Assembly: GCA_043811105.1 (NCBI GenBank)
Contig: JBDRNK010000087.1
Location: 1-43,676 of the forward strand
Length of the DNA stretch: 43,676 nt
Origin: Candidatus Uhrbacteria bacterium
Lineage (GTDB): Bacteria; Patescibacteriota; Patescibacteriia; UBA9934; CAZDDW01
Direction: 5' to 3'
Positions 1-10,121 of this stretch are shown one piece after another. The notes under the pieces were generated by a model. That model ran no database searches. It saw only the letters and a list, made by a program, of their open reading frames with translations, and had not been told where the DNA came from. The translations under genes and the position numbers were made by a program. The number at the start of each line of letters is the position of its first letter. Position 1 is the first letter of the stretch.

Positions 1-117
1 GATGATTGCGGTTCAAAAAAAGATAAAAAAGAAGTAAAAAAATACTTAGAAATAACTAATAGTTATTACAAAAAATTTTTATTAAATCCAAGCAGTTATG
101 AAAAACAGGAAAATTAA
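1..117 (+). CDS. 3' end of an ORF entering from upstream (partial, hypothetical)
   Basis: Frame 1 is open from base 1 to TAA at 115-117. No recognisable domain. Confidence 0.25.
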   Translation, partial: DDCGSKKDKKEVKKYLEITNSYYKKFLLNPSSYEKQEN

Positions 118-535
118 AAAATTTAATATTGATCCTCTCGCGGAAATTAAAAAAAGTAAAAATTATTCTTTATATGCTAAAGATGCCGATGACCGCATAA
201 GATTAGCCACCGCGGTTTATAATAAAAGGGTGGAATTAGGGTTGAGCCAGCAGAAATTGGCCAAGTTAGCAAAAACTACGCAAAAAGTTGTATCAAATAT
301 TGAAAACGCGGATATGAATCCGGGATTTAATTTATTAAATAGAATAGAAGAAGCTTTGCAATTTCAAGCAAAAGATTGGGCGAAAGTGCATAGTTTTATA
401 ATACCAAGTCTTGTCATTCCGGTGAGCTTATCGTCCAGAAATACCGGGACTGCCGGAGATAAACAACTTTCCAGTGAAAAAGGACTAGATAAACAAAACA
501 TTTTGAACGTAAAAAATGATTTTATAAGTAATTAA
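98..535 (+). CDS. XRE-family helix-turn-helix transcriptional regulator
   Basis: 145-aa ORF with the HTH-like segment LGLSQQKLAKLAKTTQKVVSNIENADMNP. Confidence 0.7.
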   Translation: MKNRKIKKFNIDPLAEIKKSKNYSLYAKDADDRIRLATAVYNKRVELGLSQQKLAKLAKTTQKVVSNIENADMNPGFNLLNRIEEALQFQAKDWAKVHSFIIPSLVIPVSLSSRNTGTAGDKQLSSEKGLDKQNILNVKNDFISN

Positions 536-542
536 TAAAAAT

Positions 543-998
543 ATGAAACATATTTGGTCAATCATTTGTCAGCGGTCTTCCATCGATTTTGAAACTAATT
601 CTTTAAGTTTATTTGATTGTGTAGAAGAAGTTAGCGCGGTGGTTGATAAGACAAAATTAGCCCAAAATGATAAAATAATTATACCTGTTGAGTTTCAATT
701 AGTTAGTTTTTGGGCAGTTAAAGACTCCGAGAAAGATAATGACTTGAAAATTAAAGGAGAATTTGTGGATTCTAAAAATAAAATATTAAACAGCTTTGAA
801 AATTCTTTTAATATTAAAAAAGGAATAAAGAGGTTTAGAAATAGAACTAATATCAAGGGACTGCCGATTACCGAGGATGGAAGATATTATCTAAAAGTTT
901 GGCAATGGACAGAAAACAAAAATAAATTTGAAATGGTGGCTGAATTGCCTTTAGATGTTAAATTGTCTTATCAATTATTACCAAATAATAGAAAATAG
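543..998 (+). CDS. hypothetical protein, probably co-transcribed with the HTH gene
   Basis: 151-aa ORF starting 8 nt after the previous stop. No motif recognised. Confidence 0.5.
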   Translation: MKHIWSIICQRSSIDFETNSLSLFDCVEEVSAVVDKTKLAQNDKIIIPVEFQLVSFWAVKDSEKDNDLKIKGEFVDSKNKILNSFENSFNIKKGIKRFRNRTNIKGLPITEDGRYYLKVWQWTENKNKFEMVAELPLDVKLSYQLLPNNRK

Positions 999-1095
999 CA
1001 TAATAATAAAAGGTAATTTTGCAAAATAAAAAACAGTCTTTCTTTTGGATTGACTGTTTTGTTTTTTTGGTGATTATTTTGCAATCACTTTGTGA

Positions 1096-1452
1096 TCATT
1101 TAATCAGATCCGCCGCAGTTTTAGCGGCGCCGCTTTGAATGAGACCAGTGTTGATAATTAGTTTTATTTCACTAGCTAGGGCTTTTTCGCTTAATTCTTT
1201 ATAATTTTTTTCTCCAAATATTTCAAGAGCCATGCAGAAGAACAGACCGCCGACACATAAAACACAAAGTATGAGAGAAAAAAGGATATTAACTATTTTT
1301 TCAATCATTTCTCCGGGTCGTCCTAGTGTTTCCGTTAGTGAAAGACCAAAGCAAGTAATCCCGATTACCAGGCCAATAATTAAAGCGGAAGTTTCAGGAT
1401 ATTTTTGGATAACATCCTTTAATTTTTTAACAGAGTTCATTACTTTTTTCAT
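1096..1452 (-). CDS. small membrane protein (two predicted hydrophobic helices)
   Basis: 118-aa ORF with the hydrophobic stretches ALIIGLVIGITCFGLSL and ILFSLILCVLCVGGLFFCMAL. Confidence 0.55.
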   Translation of the reverse strand: MKKVMNSVKKLKDVIQKYPETSALIIGLVIGITCFGLSLTETLGRPGEMIEKIVNILFSLILCVLCVGGLFFCMALEIFGEKNYKELSEKALASEIKLIINTGLIQSGAAKTAADLIK

Positions 1453-1625
1453 TATTATATTTTTTTGGTAAATAACTAATTTATTTTTACTGAAGATATT
1501 ATATCATATAATTTGTTCTTTGTCAATAGGTATAAATGATTTATTGTAAAATTAGTTAAATTATGAACGATAATTTCATGAATAAAAAGCTCATTTTTTG
1601 CTATTTTTTCAACAATTTATCCCCC

Positions 1626-1653
1626 TTGACATTATTTTTAAAACAGCTATAAT
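1626..1653 (+). promoter_or_regulatory. sigma70-type promoter, probable 23S-5S operon promoter
   Basis: TTGACA (1626-1631), 16-nt spacer, TATAAT (1648-1653). A boxA-like TTTTAACA follows at 1663-1670. About 300 nt upstream of the 23S 5' end. Confidence 0.5.
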
Positions 1654-1761
1654 TATTATCAGTTTTAACAGGGCTGAAAAAGCCAGAAAAAATATGCAAA
1701 AGAAGCTTATAAACCATATTAAGCAGCGATTCTAAAAATCAGCTATTTTGCGATTACTTAG

Positions 1762-1784
1762 AACCGCTTGTCAGCGGTTTTTTT
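1762..1784 (+). terminator. hairpin plus T-run inside the rRNA leader (terminator-like, function unclear)
   Basis: Stem aaccgct (1762-1768) / agcggtt (1773-1779), loop tgtc, then a T-run. Confidence 0.35.
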
Positions 1785-2510
1785 GCGCCCTGCTAAAAGT
1801 CCCTTAACAATTCAGTTAGAGTAAAGACATCAAAAATTAAAATAAGATCGGCATTTGGATCCCTTGTTTCGAATTTTTCGTCCGAAACCAAGGGGCTGTA
1901 ATCGGAATGTCGAAAAACACGCTTTTGTAGCTTTAAAATAAAAGTGTGGGAAAATCTCAATAAGAGTATATCGGTGGATGCCTTGACATAAGAAGACGAT
2001 GAAGGACGTAGCAGCCTGCGATAAGCCGCGGTGAGGTGGCAAGCAACCTTTGACCCGCGGATCTCCGAATGGGGAAACCCCCTCTCTTGAAGAGAGAGGA
2101 AGCTCAGCCTTTAAGGCGAGCTGGAAGACCCGGCGAACTGAAACATCTTAGTAGCTGGAGGAAAATAAAATAATAATCATTCCCTGAGTAGTGGCGAGCG
2201 AAAGGGGAGGAGTCTAAACCCAAATGACTGAGAAATTAGTCCGGTTCGCCGGATTGATTTCAGAAGGCTCTGGAGCCATATGTTTTTTCGGTGTTGCAAG
2301 AAATTAGTGCCTGTTGCCAGACCAACGGGGCGAAGTAAAAAAAGATAATTCTTAGTTGAATGAGCTGGAAAGCTCAGCCAGAGACGGTGATAGCCCGGTA
2401 AGCGAAAAGAATTGACTCTTCGTGGCTAGTTCTCTTAAGTAGGGCGGGACTCGTGAAATCCCGTTTGAAGCCAGGTCGACTATGACCTAAGACTAAATAC
2501 TTCTTATGAT

Positions 2511-2547
<37 letters not shown>

Positions 2548-3303
2548 CATCCCGTTTAGGGAGGTGAAATAGTATCTGAAACCATATACTTACAAAGAGT
2601 CGGAGCCCCGCAAGGGGTGACGGCGTGCCTATTGAAGAATGAGCCAACGAGTTTGTTCTATGTGGCTGGCATAATCTCCTTTGGAGAGCATGCAGAGTGA
2701 AAGCGAGGGTTAATAGCCCGTTTGTGCTTCGCTTTCGTCCAACGTTTAGCTGGGTCGCAAGACTTAGATATTCGCTAGCGGGACGGAAGCGTAGCATTTG
2801 TCGCATGGACAAGACCCGAAGCCGAGTGATCTAACCATGAGCAGGTTGAAGTTCGTCGAAAGACGGATGGAGGACCGAACCCGTTAGTCGTGCAACACTA
2901 TGGGATGACTTGTGGTTAGCGCAGAAATTGTAATCGAACTCGGCAATAGCTGGTTCTCCTCGAAATAGCTTTTGGGCTAGCCTCGGATGTTGACCTCAGG
3001 GGGTAGAGCACTGGATGAGGGCGGGTCGCAAGATACCGTCTTCAATCAAACTCCGAATACCTGGGGGTAGAGTCCGGGAGTCAGACTATGGGCGCTAAGG
3101 TTCATCAGTCGAAAGGGAAACAGCCCTGATCACAATCTAAGGTCCCTAAATCTATGCTAAGTGTCAAAGGTGGTGTTGCGACTACGACAGTTAGGAGGTT
3201 GGCTTAGAAGCAGCCATCCTTTAAAGATAGCGTAATAGCTCACTAATCAAGTTGTTTCGCGCCGAAAATTTATCGGGGCTAAGCATAGTACCGAAGATGT
3301 GAA

Positions 3304-3404
3304 CTGTCTAGATTTTTGTTTTTTATCGAACGAACCCTAAATTTTGCTAGGGGTTCGTGAAACGTAGTATCTATGTGATAGATAGAAGTCAAAAATCTAG
3401 ACAG
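3304..3404 (+). other. ~100-nt expansion segment within 23S (branched hairpin)
   Basis: ctgtctagattttt (3304-3317) pairs with aaaaatctagacag (3391-3404). It sits between the conserved ccgaag and ggtagaggagcgttc, where E. coli has a short helix. Confidence 0.6.
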
Positions 3405-4137
3405 TGGTAGAGGAGCGTTCCCTTCAGCGTTGAAGTCGTGTCGTGAGGCACGGTGAAGCGGAGGGAAGAGAGAATGTTGGCATGAGTAGCAAAAAGGCGG
3501 GTAAAAACCCCGCCCATCGAAAACCTAAGGTTTCCTGGGCAACGAAAATCGACCCAGGGTTAGTCGATCCTAAGGCGCATCCCGTGTAGTGCGGGAGCTA
3601 GCCGATGGATGAGCCGGTTAATATTCCGGCACTACTGTTATTTTCCGATGGGGAGACGCAGTTCTAAAGTTTAAGCGCGCTATGGTATGTGCGTTTGCGG
3701 TCTCAAGAAACGGCTTAGGTAAATCCGGGCCACCAGTTTCAAGGGATTGAGAAGAGATGAAGCCGCAAGGCGGAATCAATTTAAGCGGCAGAACTGACTA
3801 GAAAAACCTCTAGGGCTAAAGTAACAGTAATCGTACCGTAAACCGACACAGGTAGGTGAGGCGAGAAGCCTCAGATGTACGAGAGAAACTTCGTTAAGGA
3901 ACTCGGCAAAACAGCGGCCGTAATTTAGAGATAAGGCCTGCCCTCGCAAGAGGGCCGCAGCTAAAGAGCCCAAGGGACTGTTTATCAAAAACATAGCTCT
4001 CTGCTAACTCGCAAGAGGATGTATAGAGGGTGATGCCTGGCCAGTGTCCGAACGTTAAGAGGAGAGGTTAGCCGCAAGGCGAAGCTTTGAATCGAAGCGC
4101 GGATGAACGCCGGCGATAACTATAATCGTCCTAAGGT

Positions 4138-5009
4138 TTTGCAATTTATAATTAGATTGCAAAAGGACTGGGACGATTATAAGATAAAACAGTTTAACAT
4201 TAATATTAGTAAGTCATTAAAAAATTCGCTGCCTAGCCATAGCGAAAACTATGGTGTGTCACAATATTTGACTATATGCTGGAAACTCTGTGGGTAAAAC
4301 CCTGTAGTATCGAGCGCTACTTAATGGTATAATGACAAGGTGTAATTATTCCTTGTCTATATGTTAGTAAGTAATAATGCGTCTCGCGCAGACAATCAGC
4401 AGGAAAGACTAATGATGATCGGTTGGATAGTCGGTTTTGTAGATGGTGAAGGATGTTTTTCAATTAATTTTGTAAAACAGGCCGATAAAAAGGAAAAAAC
4501 CAGAGTTCGTAAAGGATACAAAATTGGCTTCCAAATTATTCATAGATTCGCGGTAGTGCAAAGTGAAAAGAGTATTGATACTTTAAAGAAATTGCATAAA
4601 TTTTTTGGAGTCGGCAACGTATATATTAATCGTCGCCATGACAATCATAAAGAAAATTTATACAGGTACTCAGTATCTAAAAAGGAAGATTTAATAAGAG
4701 TAATTATTCCTTTTTTCCAAAAGAATATTCTAAAAACCTCAAAGAAAAAAGATTTTTCTTTATTCGTTGAATGTATAAAATTAATAGACAAAGGAAAACA
4801 TTTAACCGGAGAAGGAGCTATAAAAATTGCTCAACTTTGCGAAAAAATGAATCAACAAAAACCGAAAACAGAAATCATTAGAATCCTCAGAAACCAAACG
4901 TCAAACTCCGTCATTCGCCATTTAGCGGATCGGAGAAGATAGAGTTCTATCTGCATAGCGATATGCAGCCACGAAAGTGGGTTTAGTAAATAACTAAATA
5001 AAATGAATT
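4138..5009 (+). mobile_element. group-I-like intron/insertion in 23S domain IV, carrying a homing endonuclease
   Basis: It splits the conserved cgtcctaaggt|agcgaaattcc, which is the I-CeuI recognition sequence region. The 3' boundary base is T rather than the canonical G, so the exact splice site is uncertain. Confidence 0.7.
4361..4942 (+). CDS. LAGLIDADG homing endonuclease (single-motif type)
   Basis: 193-aa ORF inside the 23S insertion, with the motif GWIVGFVDGEGCFSI. Confidence 0.85.
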   Translation: MLVSNNASRADNQQERLMMIGWIVGFVDGEGCFSINFVKQADKKEKTRVRKGYKIGFQIIHRFAVVQSEKSIDTLKKLHKFFGVGNVYINRRHDNHKENLYRYSVSKKEDLIRVIIPFFQKNILKTSKKKDFSLFVECIKLIDKGKHLTGEGAIKIAQLCEKMNQQKPKTEIIRILRNQTSNSVIRHLADRRR

Positions 5010-5540
5010 AGCGAAATTCCTTGTCAGGTAAGTTCTGACCTGCACGAATGGCTTAACCACTTGGGCACTGTCTCAACGAAGTACTCGGTGAAATTGCAAT
5101 ACGAGTAAAGATGCTCGTTAACCACAGTTGGACGAAAAGACCCCGTGAAGCTTTACTACAACTTGATATTGAATTAGGGATATGCTTGTTCAGAATAGGT
5201 GGGAGCCTTCGGGCGCCAGTGAGATACCACCCTTGTTTATTTTTAATTCTCACCTCGCAATAGCGGGGGACAGTGTCTGGCGGGTAGTTTGTCTGGGGCG
5301 GATGCCTCCCAAAAGGTAACGGAGGCGTTTACCAAGGTCGGCTATCCCGGAATGGAAACCCGGGAGATAGTGTAAAGGCAAAAGCCGGCTTTACTGCGAG
5401 ACCTACAAGTCAAGCAGTCGCGAAAGCGGAACTTAGTGATCCGACCATTCAATATAGGATGGTGGAAGCTCATCGGATAAAAGCTACTCCGGGGATAACA
5501 GGCTAGTCAGGTCCAAGAGTCCACATCGACGACCTGGTTC

Positions 5541-5573
<33 letters not shown>

Positions 5574-5583
5574 GTGGAGAAGC

Positions 5584-5651
<68 letters not shown>

Positions 5652-6088
5652 AAAGATAATCGACGTATCTGATGTTATAAAACTTTTCGTCTGCACAATC
5701 CAGTTTTAAACTGGACGACCGTGCTGTCATTAAATTTGGCTAAATGCTGGAAAGTCTGAGTTGGTTTGTTTTGGAGAATAAACCAAAAGTATCTCACACT
5801 ACTCGTTTTAATATATTTGTTAAAGCAGTGATAATGTGTTGAGTGCAGATAATCAGCAGGAAAGACCCTGAGCGAAGCTCGCAAGAGCTGAGTCAAAGGG
5901 AATCCTCAGAGACTATACGCCAAACCCCCCTTCGCCAACCTCCGTCGCCCTTCGGGCTATGGAGGTCAGGAGGTTTCGGGGGGAAGATATAGTCCGAACT
6001 GTATGGCGACATACAGAGTCAGAGTGAAATCTCTGGCCGCCACAAGCAAGTCAGATTCAGGATGTGGTTTTGCAAAGTAACAGAATTG
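5652..6088 (+). mobile_element. ORF-less group-I-like intron in 23S at the I-CreI-type site
   Basis: It splits gtcgtgagacagt|tcggtc. The 5' exon ends in T and the intron ends in G. It shares core blocks with the first insertion (tgctggaaa.tctg, gcaga.aatcagcaggaaagac, gaatcctcaga). Confidence 0.7.
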
Positions 6089-6132
6089 TCGGTCTCCTAT
6101 CCGCCACGGGCGTCGAAAGTTGCGGGAACCTA

Positions 6133-6173
<41 letters not shown>

Positions 6174-6397
6174 ACCGGTTGTTCTGCCAAGGGCATTGCC
6201 GGGTAGCTACGTTCGGTTTGGATAAGCGCTGAAAGCATATAAGCGCGAAGCCGATCCCAAGATTAACTTTCATTATGAGATCCCTCCGAGATGAGGAGGT
6301 TGATAGGCTCTAGGTGTAAGCGTGGTAACACGTTCAGCCGAGGAGTACTAATAGATCCAGACTCTACAATTACTTAATAAGAATGTTTCGTTCTAGA

Positions 6398-6490
6398 GAA
6401 AGTTTCAAGTTACAAGTTTCAGGTTTCAAGTATGGAGAATAGTAAATATCTTCCTAACTTGATACTTGTTACTTGATACTTGATACTTTC
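6398..6490 (+). repeat. long hairpin built from tcaagt / acttga short tandem repeats in the 23S-5S spacer
   Basis: The 5' arm gaaagtttcaagttacaagtttcaggtttcaagta is complementary to the 3' arm aacttgatacttgttacttgatacttgatactttc. Confidence 0.7.
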
Positions 6491-6503
6491 CAAAAAACCC
6501 CCA

Positions 6504-6618
6504 ATGTTCTGGTGGTTCTTCCAGGAGGGCCACACCCGTTCCCATCTCGAACACGGCAGTTAAGCCTCCTAGGGCCGATGGTAGTCCTTCGGGCGAGAGT
6601 AGGTAGCCGCCAGAACAT
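6504..6618 (+). rRNA. rrf: 5S rRNA
   Basis: cccgttcccatctcgaacacggcagttaagcc...gatggtag...gagagtaggt. Terminal helix atgttctgg/ccagaacat, extended by aaaaaccccc/gggggttttt. Confidence 0.9.
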
Positions 6619-6641
6619 TGGGGGTTTTTGAATTGGGTCAC
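6605..6641 (+). repeat. direct repeat copy A (3' end of 5S plus flank)
   Basis: agccgccagaacattgggggtttttgaattgggtcac matches 8021-8057 at 34 of 37 positions. Confidence 0.8.
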
Positions 6642-6772
6642 GAATTTACTGATTGTTACGAATTACGAATGTAACGGAATGCCTTAAGCCTTCTATTTTA
6701 AGATCCCCCGGATGTTAGTTCGGGGGATCTTCGTTGAGTTGCTGGTGGGTGAGGTGAGATCACCAGCTGGAT

Positions 6773-7069
6773 CTAGAGAGTTGAGAGTATGGTGTGCAGA
6801 CAGACGAACAAAAGGAATTCGACCAGGGCGACCACTATGAGAAACGCCGAGGTCGTTAAAAGAAGGCAGATGACAAGCAGTATTTCTTCGTATTTCTCCA
6901 ATCTTTGTTCTGGTCCTTTTTCCGGCAGATGCCACCCTCCTTTTCCTTTGCCGAATATGCATTCTTCGGCAGGCATACGGCGCACATCTTTCCGAAGTCG
7001 ACCTTGCTCGTCGAATGGATACTCTTCATACGCATACTCGTAATGATCATCATCTATGAACCAGGGCAT
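6773..7069 (-). CDS. small acidic tail-anchored protein (hypothetical), GC-rich
   Basis: 98-aa ORF with a strong SD (aaggaggg, 4-nt spacer) before ATG 7069. C-terminal TM segment LLVICLLLTTSAFLIVVALVEFLLFV. Three overlapping ORFs in the track are treated as shadows. Confidence 0.55.
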   Translation of the reverse strand: MPWFIDDDHYEYAYEEYPFDEQGRLRKDVRRMPAEECIFGKGKGGWHLPEKGPEQRLEKYEEILLVICLLLTTSAFLIVVALVEFLLFVCLHTILSTL

Positions 7070-7191
7070 ATTACCCTCCTTTTGTGTTGATAATAGTCAA
7101 GAGTTGATAAGATTCAAAATTATGAACGAACAACTGAACATGATAGCGTACTCTGTTTTTTACAAAACGTCAATCCATCGAGTCAATAATA

Positions 7192-7220
7192 TTGACAAAC
7201 GATAGATATTATACTAAACT
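7192..7220 (+). promoter_or_regulatory. candidate promoter for the TrmB-like gene
   Basis: TTGACA (7192-7197), 17-nt spacer, TAAACT (7215-7220). Confidence 0.35.
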
Positions 7221-7256
7221 AACAGCAGAGAATGTCGAAATCAGATCCACAACATT

Positions 7257-8018
7257 ATGAAAAAAGAAGACTTTAAGTTTCTTGGTTTCCCTGATAAAGA
7301 GATTGATGTCTATTTAGCCTTAATGGAGCTAGGTTCAGCCAAGCCTTCACAGATAGCAAAAAAGACCGAGATTAATCGGACCACTGTTTATGATTTACTT
7401 GAATCACTGCTTAAGAAGGGGTTAGCTAGCAAATATAAGAAAGGTTCTTTTATTTTTTATAACGCTCTAGACCCCAAACGTTTGATTCCATACTTGGAGC
7501 GAGAAAAAGAGGAACAAATAAAAAAGATTGAAAAGCAGCAAGAAAAAGCTGAAAGCCTGATTCCACAATTAATTTCAATTCAGGACATAACTTCAGAAAA
7601 ACCTAAGGTGCAGTTTTTTGAAGGTGAAAAAGGGATGCGCGAAGCATACGAAGATACATTAACTTCGCGCGAAACAATCTTAGCTTACGCTAATGTCCAG
7701 ACCATGCACGAGGGTTTGCCAAATTTTTTTCCGACCTATTATAAGCGTCGGGCCAAGAAGAAGATTTTTATCAAAGCCATTCTGCCCAAGAATGAATTGT
7801 CGATTGAGCGATCAAAATATGATCAAGAGGAAATGCGTGAGACACGATTTTTGTCAGGAGACCAGGAAACTTTTTCGCCAGAGGTTAATCTATACAACAA
7901 CAAGATGCTCGTGGCATCTTGGAAGGAAAAAATGGCTGTGATCATTGAGTCAAAAGAATTAGTTGATTTACAGAAGTTGATTTTCAATATAGTCTGGAAA
8001 TCCTTACCACGAAAATAA
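7257..8018 (+). CDS. TrmB-family transcriptional regulator
   Basis: N-terminal winged-helix segment FLGFPDKEIDVYLALMELGSAKPSQIAKKTEINRTTVYDLLESLLKKGL is typical of TrmB. Confidence 0.75.
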   Translation: MKKEDFKFLGFPDKEIDVYLALMELGSAKPSQIAKKTEINRTTVYDLLESLLKKGLASKYKKGSFIFYNALDPKRLIPYLEREKEEQIKKIEKQQEKAESLIPQLISIQDITSEKPKVQFFEGEKGMREAYEDTLTSRETILAYANVQTMHEGLPNFFPTYYKRRAKKKIFIKAILPKNELSIERSKYDQEEMRETRFLSGDQETFSPEVNLYNNKMLVASWKEKMAVIIESKELVDLQKLIFNIVWKSLPRK

Positions 8019-8020
8019 AA

Positions 8021-8057
8021 AGCCGCCAGAACATTAGGGGTTTTTGAATTGGTTGAC
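8021..8057 (+). repeat. direct repeat copy B (orphan copy of the 5S 3' end)
   Basis: agccgccagaacattaggggtttttgaattggttgac. No complementary 5' strand lies upstream, so it is not a second 5S gene. Confidence 0.8.
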
Positions 8058-8129
8058 AAGTAAGATAATTCATGGCATATTACTTTGTCTGTTTCGTAGG
8101 CATCAACCCTTACAATTGGAGGCAAAATT

Positions 8130-9050
8130 GTGACTAGGTCGGGCACGACATTCCTGGGGCATGCCAGTGGACGCGTTAGAGAGCGTTTGCATATGGACAC
8201 CCTAGAAATTATTCGCTTGATTGATCATGGCCTGGTTGTCCAACTTGGTCGTGACGGTAAAAGCAACCGTTATCACCTGTTATTCTATTCGGAACCGGAT
8301 CGACAGTGCTACGTGGCTGTGCGTGATGGACAAACTCGGGAAGTGATAACAATCCTTCCCCTTGATTATCACAACAAGTGGGTGGTTTCTGATCAGGCAC
8401 AAGCCCAGGCTAAAGATTTGGCCATGGGTCGAATAAGAGATAAAAAGGTAATTGTTACCGGCTCAACGCTGGAAGCAAACTTGGTAGATAAAATACCACA
8501 AGGCCAAACCATATTTCGGTTTATTCTGCTTATCAAAGACCGGCGAACAGGAAAGATGGAATCTCGCTACTTGGGTGAGATGGCCTTAATTGGGGCCGAG
8601 CGTAAAGGAACCGAAGCCTTTGCTGATGATTTGTTCAGGATCGAGCTTTATCGAAAGATCAGTGGGTTGAGGCTTCCGGCACATAAAATTCCGGAAGAAA
8701 TGATCCTAAAGCTCGATTCAGGCCGGAGTTATCGCAAATGTGTTCCTGACAATCTACGACCTAAACAAAAAAAAGGACCACAGTTGATCTGCAGTTGCAT
8801 TTTGCAGACCAGTGGTGACCCACCAGAGAAAATTGTCAGCCTTGACATGCTTTCGGTGGCAGATGTGGGCATGGAGCCGGCTGATGTCTTGAAGAATTCT
8901 ACTGCTATGGCTGAACTGAAGAGTCGCCTAGTTTGTCAAATTGCCCTCGGTCAGCGACCAATTGTCCTGAAAATAAAACTCGGACCACATGGTCCGGAAT
9001 CGCTCTTTGCTGTGCCAGACGATTGGAAACGTCTCTATCATCGTGGATGA
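8130..9050 (+). CDS. hypothetical protein (moderately GC-rich)
   Basis: 306-aa ORF. GTG start at 8130 preceded by ggagg with a 7-nt spacer. No domain recognised. Confidence 0.55.
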   Translation: MTRSGTTFLGHASGRVRERLHMDTLEIIRLIDHGLVVQLGRDGKSNRYHLLFYSEPDRQCYVAVRDGQTREVITILPLDYHNKWVVSDQAQAQAKDLAMGRIRDKKVIVTGSTLEANLVDKIPQGQTIFRFILLIKDRRTGKMESRYLGEMALIGAERKGTEAFADDLFRIELYRKISGLRLPAHKIPEEMILKLDSGRSYRKCVPDNLRPKQKKGPQLICSCILQTSGDPPEKIVSLDMLSVADVGMEPADVLKNSTAMAELKSRLVCQIALGQRPIVLKIKLGPHGPESLFAVPDDWKRLYHRG

Positions 9051-9051
9051 A

Positions 9052-9076
9052 CTCGAGGTAACTCCTCGGGTTTTTT
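9052..9076. terminator. intrinsic terminator between convergent genes
   Basis: cgagg-taact-cctcg hairpin followed by TTTTTT (9071-9076). Confidence 0.55.
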
Positions 9077-9791
9077 ATATTGTCTTAACCTTCGGATATT
9101 TGTCTAACAGCTTCCAATAAATATCGCAGGTATTAAAGTTGATATAGTCGTGTGAGTTTGTGTTTGTGTTAAAAACCAGTGAATATAACTGATCCATGCT
9201 TGGAGAAAATAGAAAAAGTGAATTATTTTTGTGCCAAGCTTTGATTACCTGGGTGCGGCGAGGTTTGCGAAAAGCAGAAACTGGTCGTTTTTTTAATTGT
9301 CCGGTTTCTAATCTTTTCAACAGTCGATCAACCACCCAAACCAGAGTCTCACTTTCTGCTTCAGAAAGATCTTCTAGTTCTGAAACATGTTCCGGTGACA
9401 AATAAGTCTCAACTAGCTTTTCATGTTTGTTTTGAGTCGGATCAATCAAACGACTGATCTTTTCCGGCAAAGAAGTTTTACCAGGCTCACTGGCCCCTTC
9501 TCCTAAAAAAACAGAAAGGAACCGCACTTCTTCGGTTCCGCTTTCAAAACTATGTGGGGTATTGGCCGGAATAATTACCGGAATATTTACTTGCAACATT
9601 TTTCGACCTTGATCAGTAATAATGTTCATTTCTCCCTGAGCAATACAGATACACTGATCGTGCTGTGAATGAACATGGAGTGGCGACTTGACTCCGGGAA
9701 GATAACAAATAGCACTTACTCGAACATCAGGTCGAGTAATCAAATGTTGAGTTGCATATCCTCCATGCTCAATTTTTGGCCACATGGACAT
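9075..9791 (-). CDS. cupin-domain protein with an uncharacterised C-terminal half
   Basis: Cupin motifs PGVKSPLHVHSQHDQCICIAQGE and PANTPHSF. Confidence 0.65.
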   Translation of the reverse strand: MSMWPKIEHGGYATQHLITRPDVRVSAICYLPGVKSPLHVHSQHDQCICIAQGEMNIITDQGRKMLQVNIPVIIPANTPHSFESGTEEVRFLSVFLGEGASEPGKTSLPEKISRLIDPTQNKHEKLVETYLSPEHVSELEDLSEAESETLVWVVDRLLKRLETGQLKKRPVSAFRKPRRTQVIKAWHKNNSLFLFSPSMDQLYSLVFNTNTNSHDYINFNTCDIYWKLLDKYPKVKTI

Positions 9792-9801
9792 AGCTTAAGT
9801 C

Positions 9802-9993
9802 TTACCAGCACTCAAGCTCGTATGCTAGGGAATCAAGAGCGGTACTCAGTTCTTTGATCGCTTGGCGGCGCATTTCCTGATCAGCTTGAATATCAAGAAG
9901 TGTGCTAATGATTTCTCTGCCACCTTGGACCGGAAGGCCTTCCTTCGAAAAACCGCTCGCCGTCCCCACTAAGCGATTCGGTTTAGTAAACAT
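9802..9993 (-). CDS. small hypothetical protein
   Basis: 63-aa ORF lying 10 nt upstream of the cupin gene on the same strand. Confidence 0.35.
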   Translation of the reverse strand: MFTKPNRLVGTASGFSKEGLPVQGGREIISTLLDIQADQEMRRQAIKELSTALDSLAYELECW

Positions 9994-10067
9994 AGAGATT
10001 ATATTTATCTCCTATGTATACATCAGATCACGCCCTGGTTTTTTTGTCAACTATTAAATACACACCT

Positions 10068-10096
10068 TTGAACAATTTTAGGGAACAAGGTACAAT
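10068..10096 (+). promoter_or_regulatory. candidate sigma70-type promoter
   Basis: TTGAAC (10068-10073), 17-nt spacer, TACAAT (10091-10096), 25 nt before the ATG at 10122. Confidence 0.45.
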
Positions 10097-10121
10097 GGTT
10101 GCGTAAAAATAAACTTGAAAT

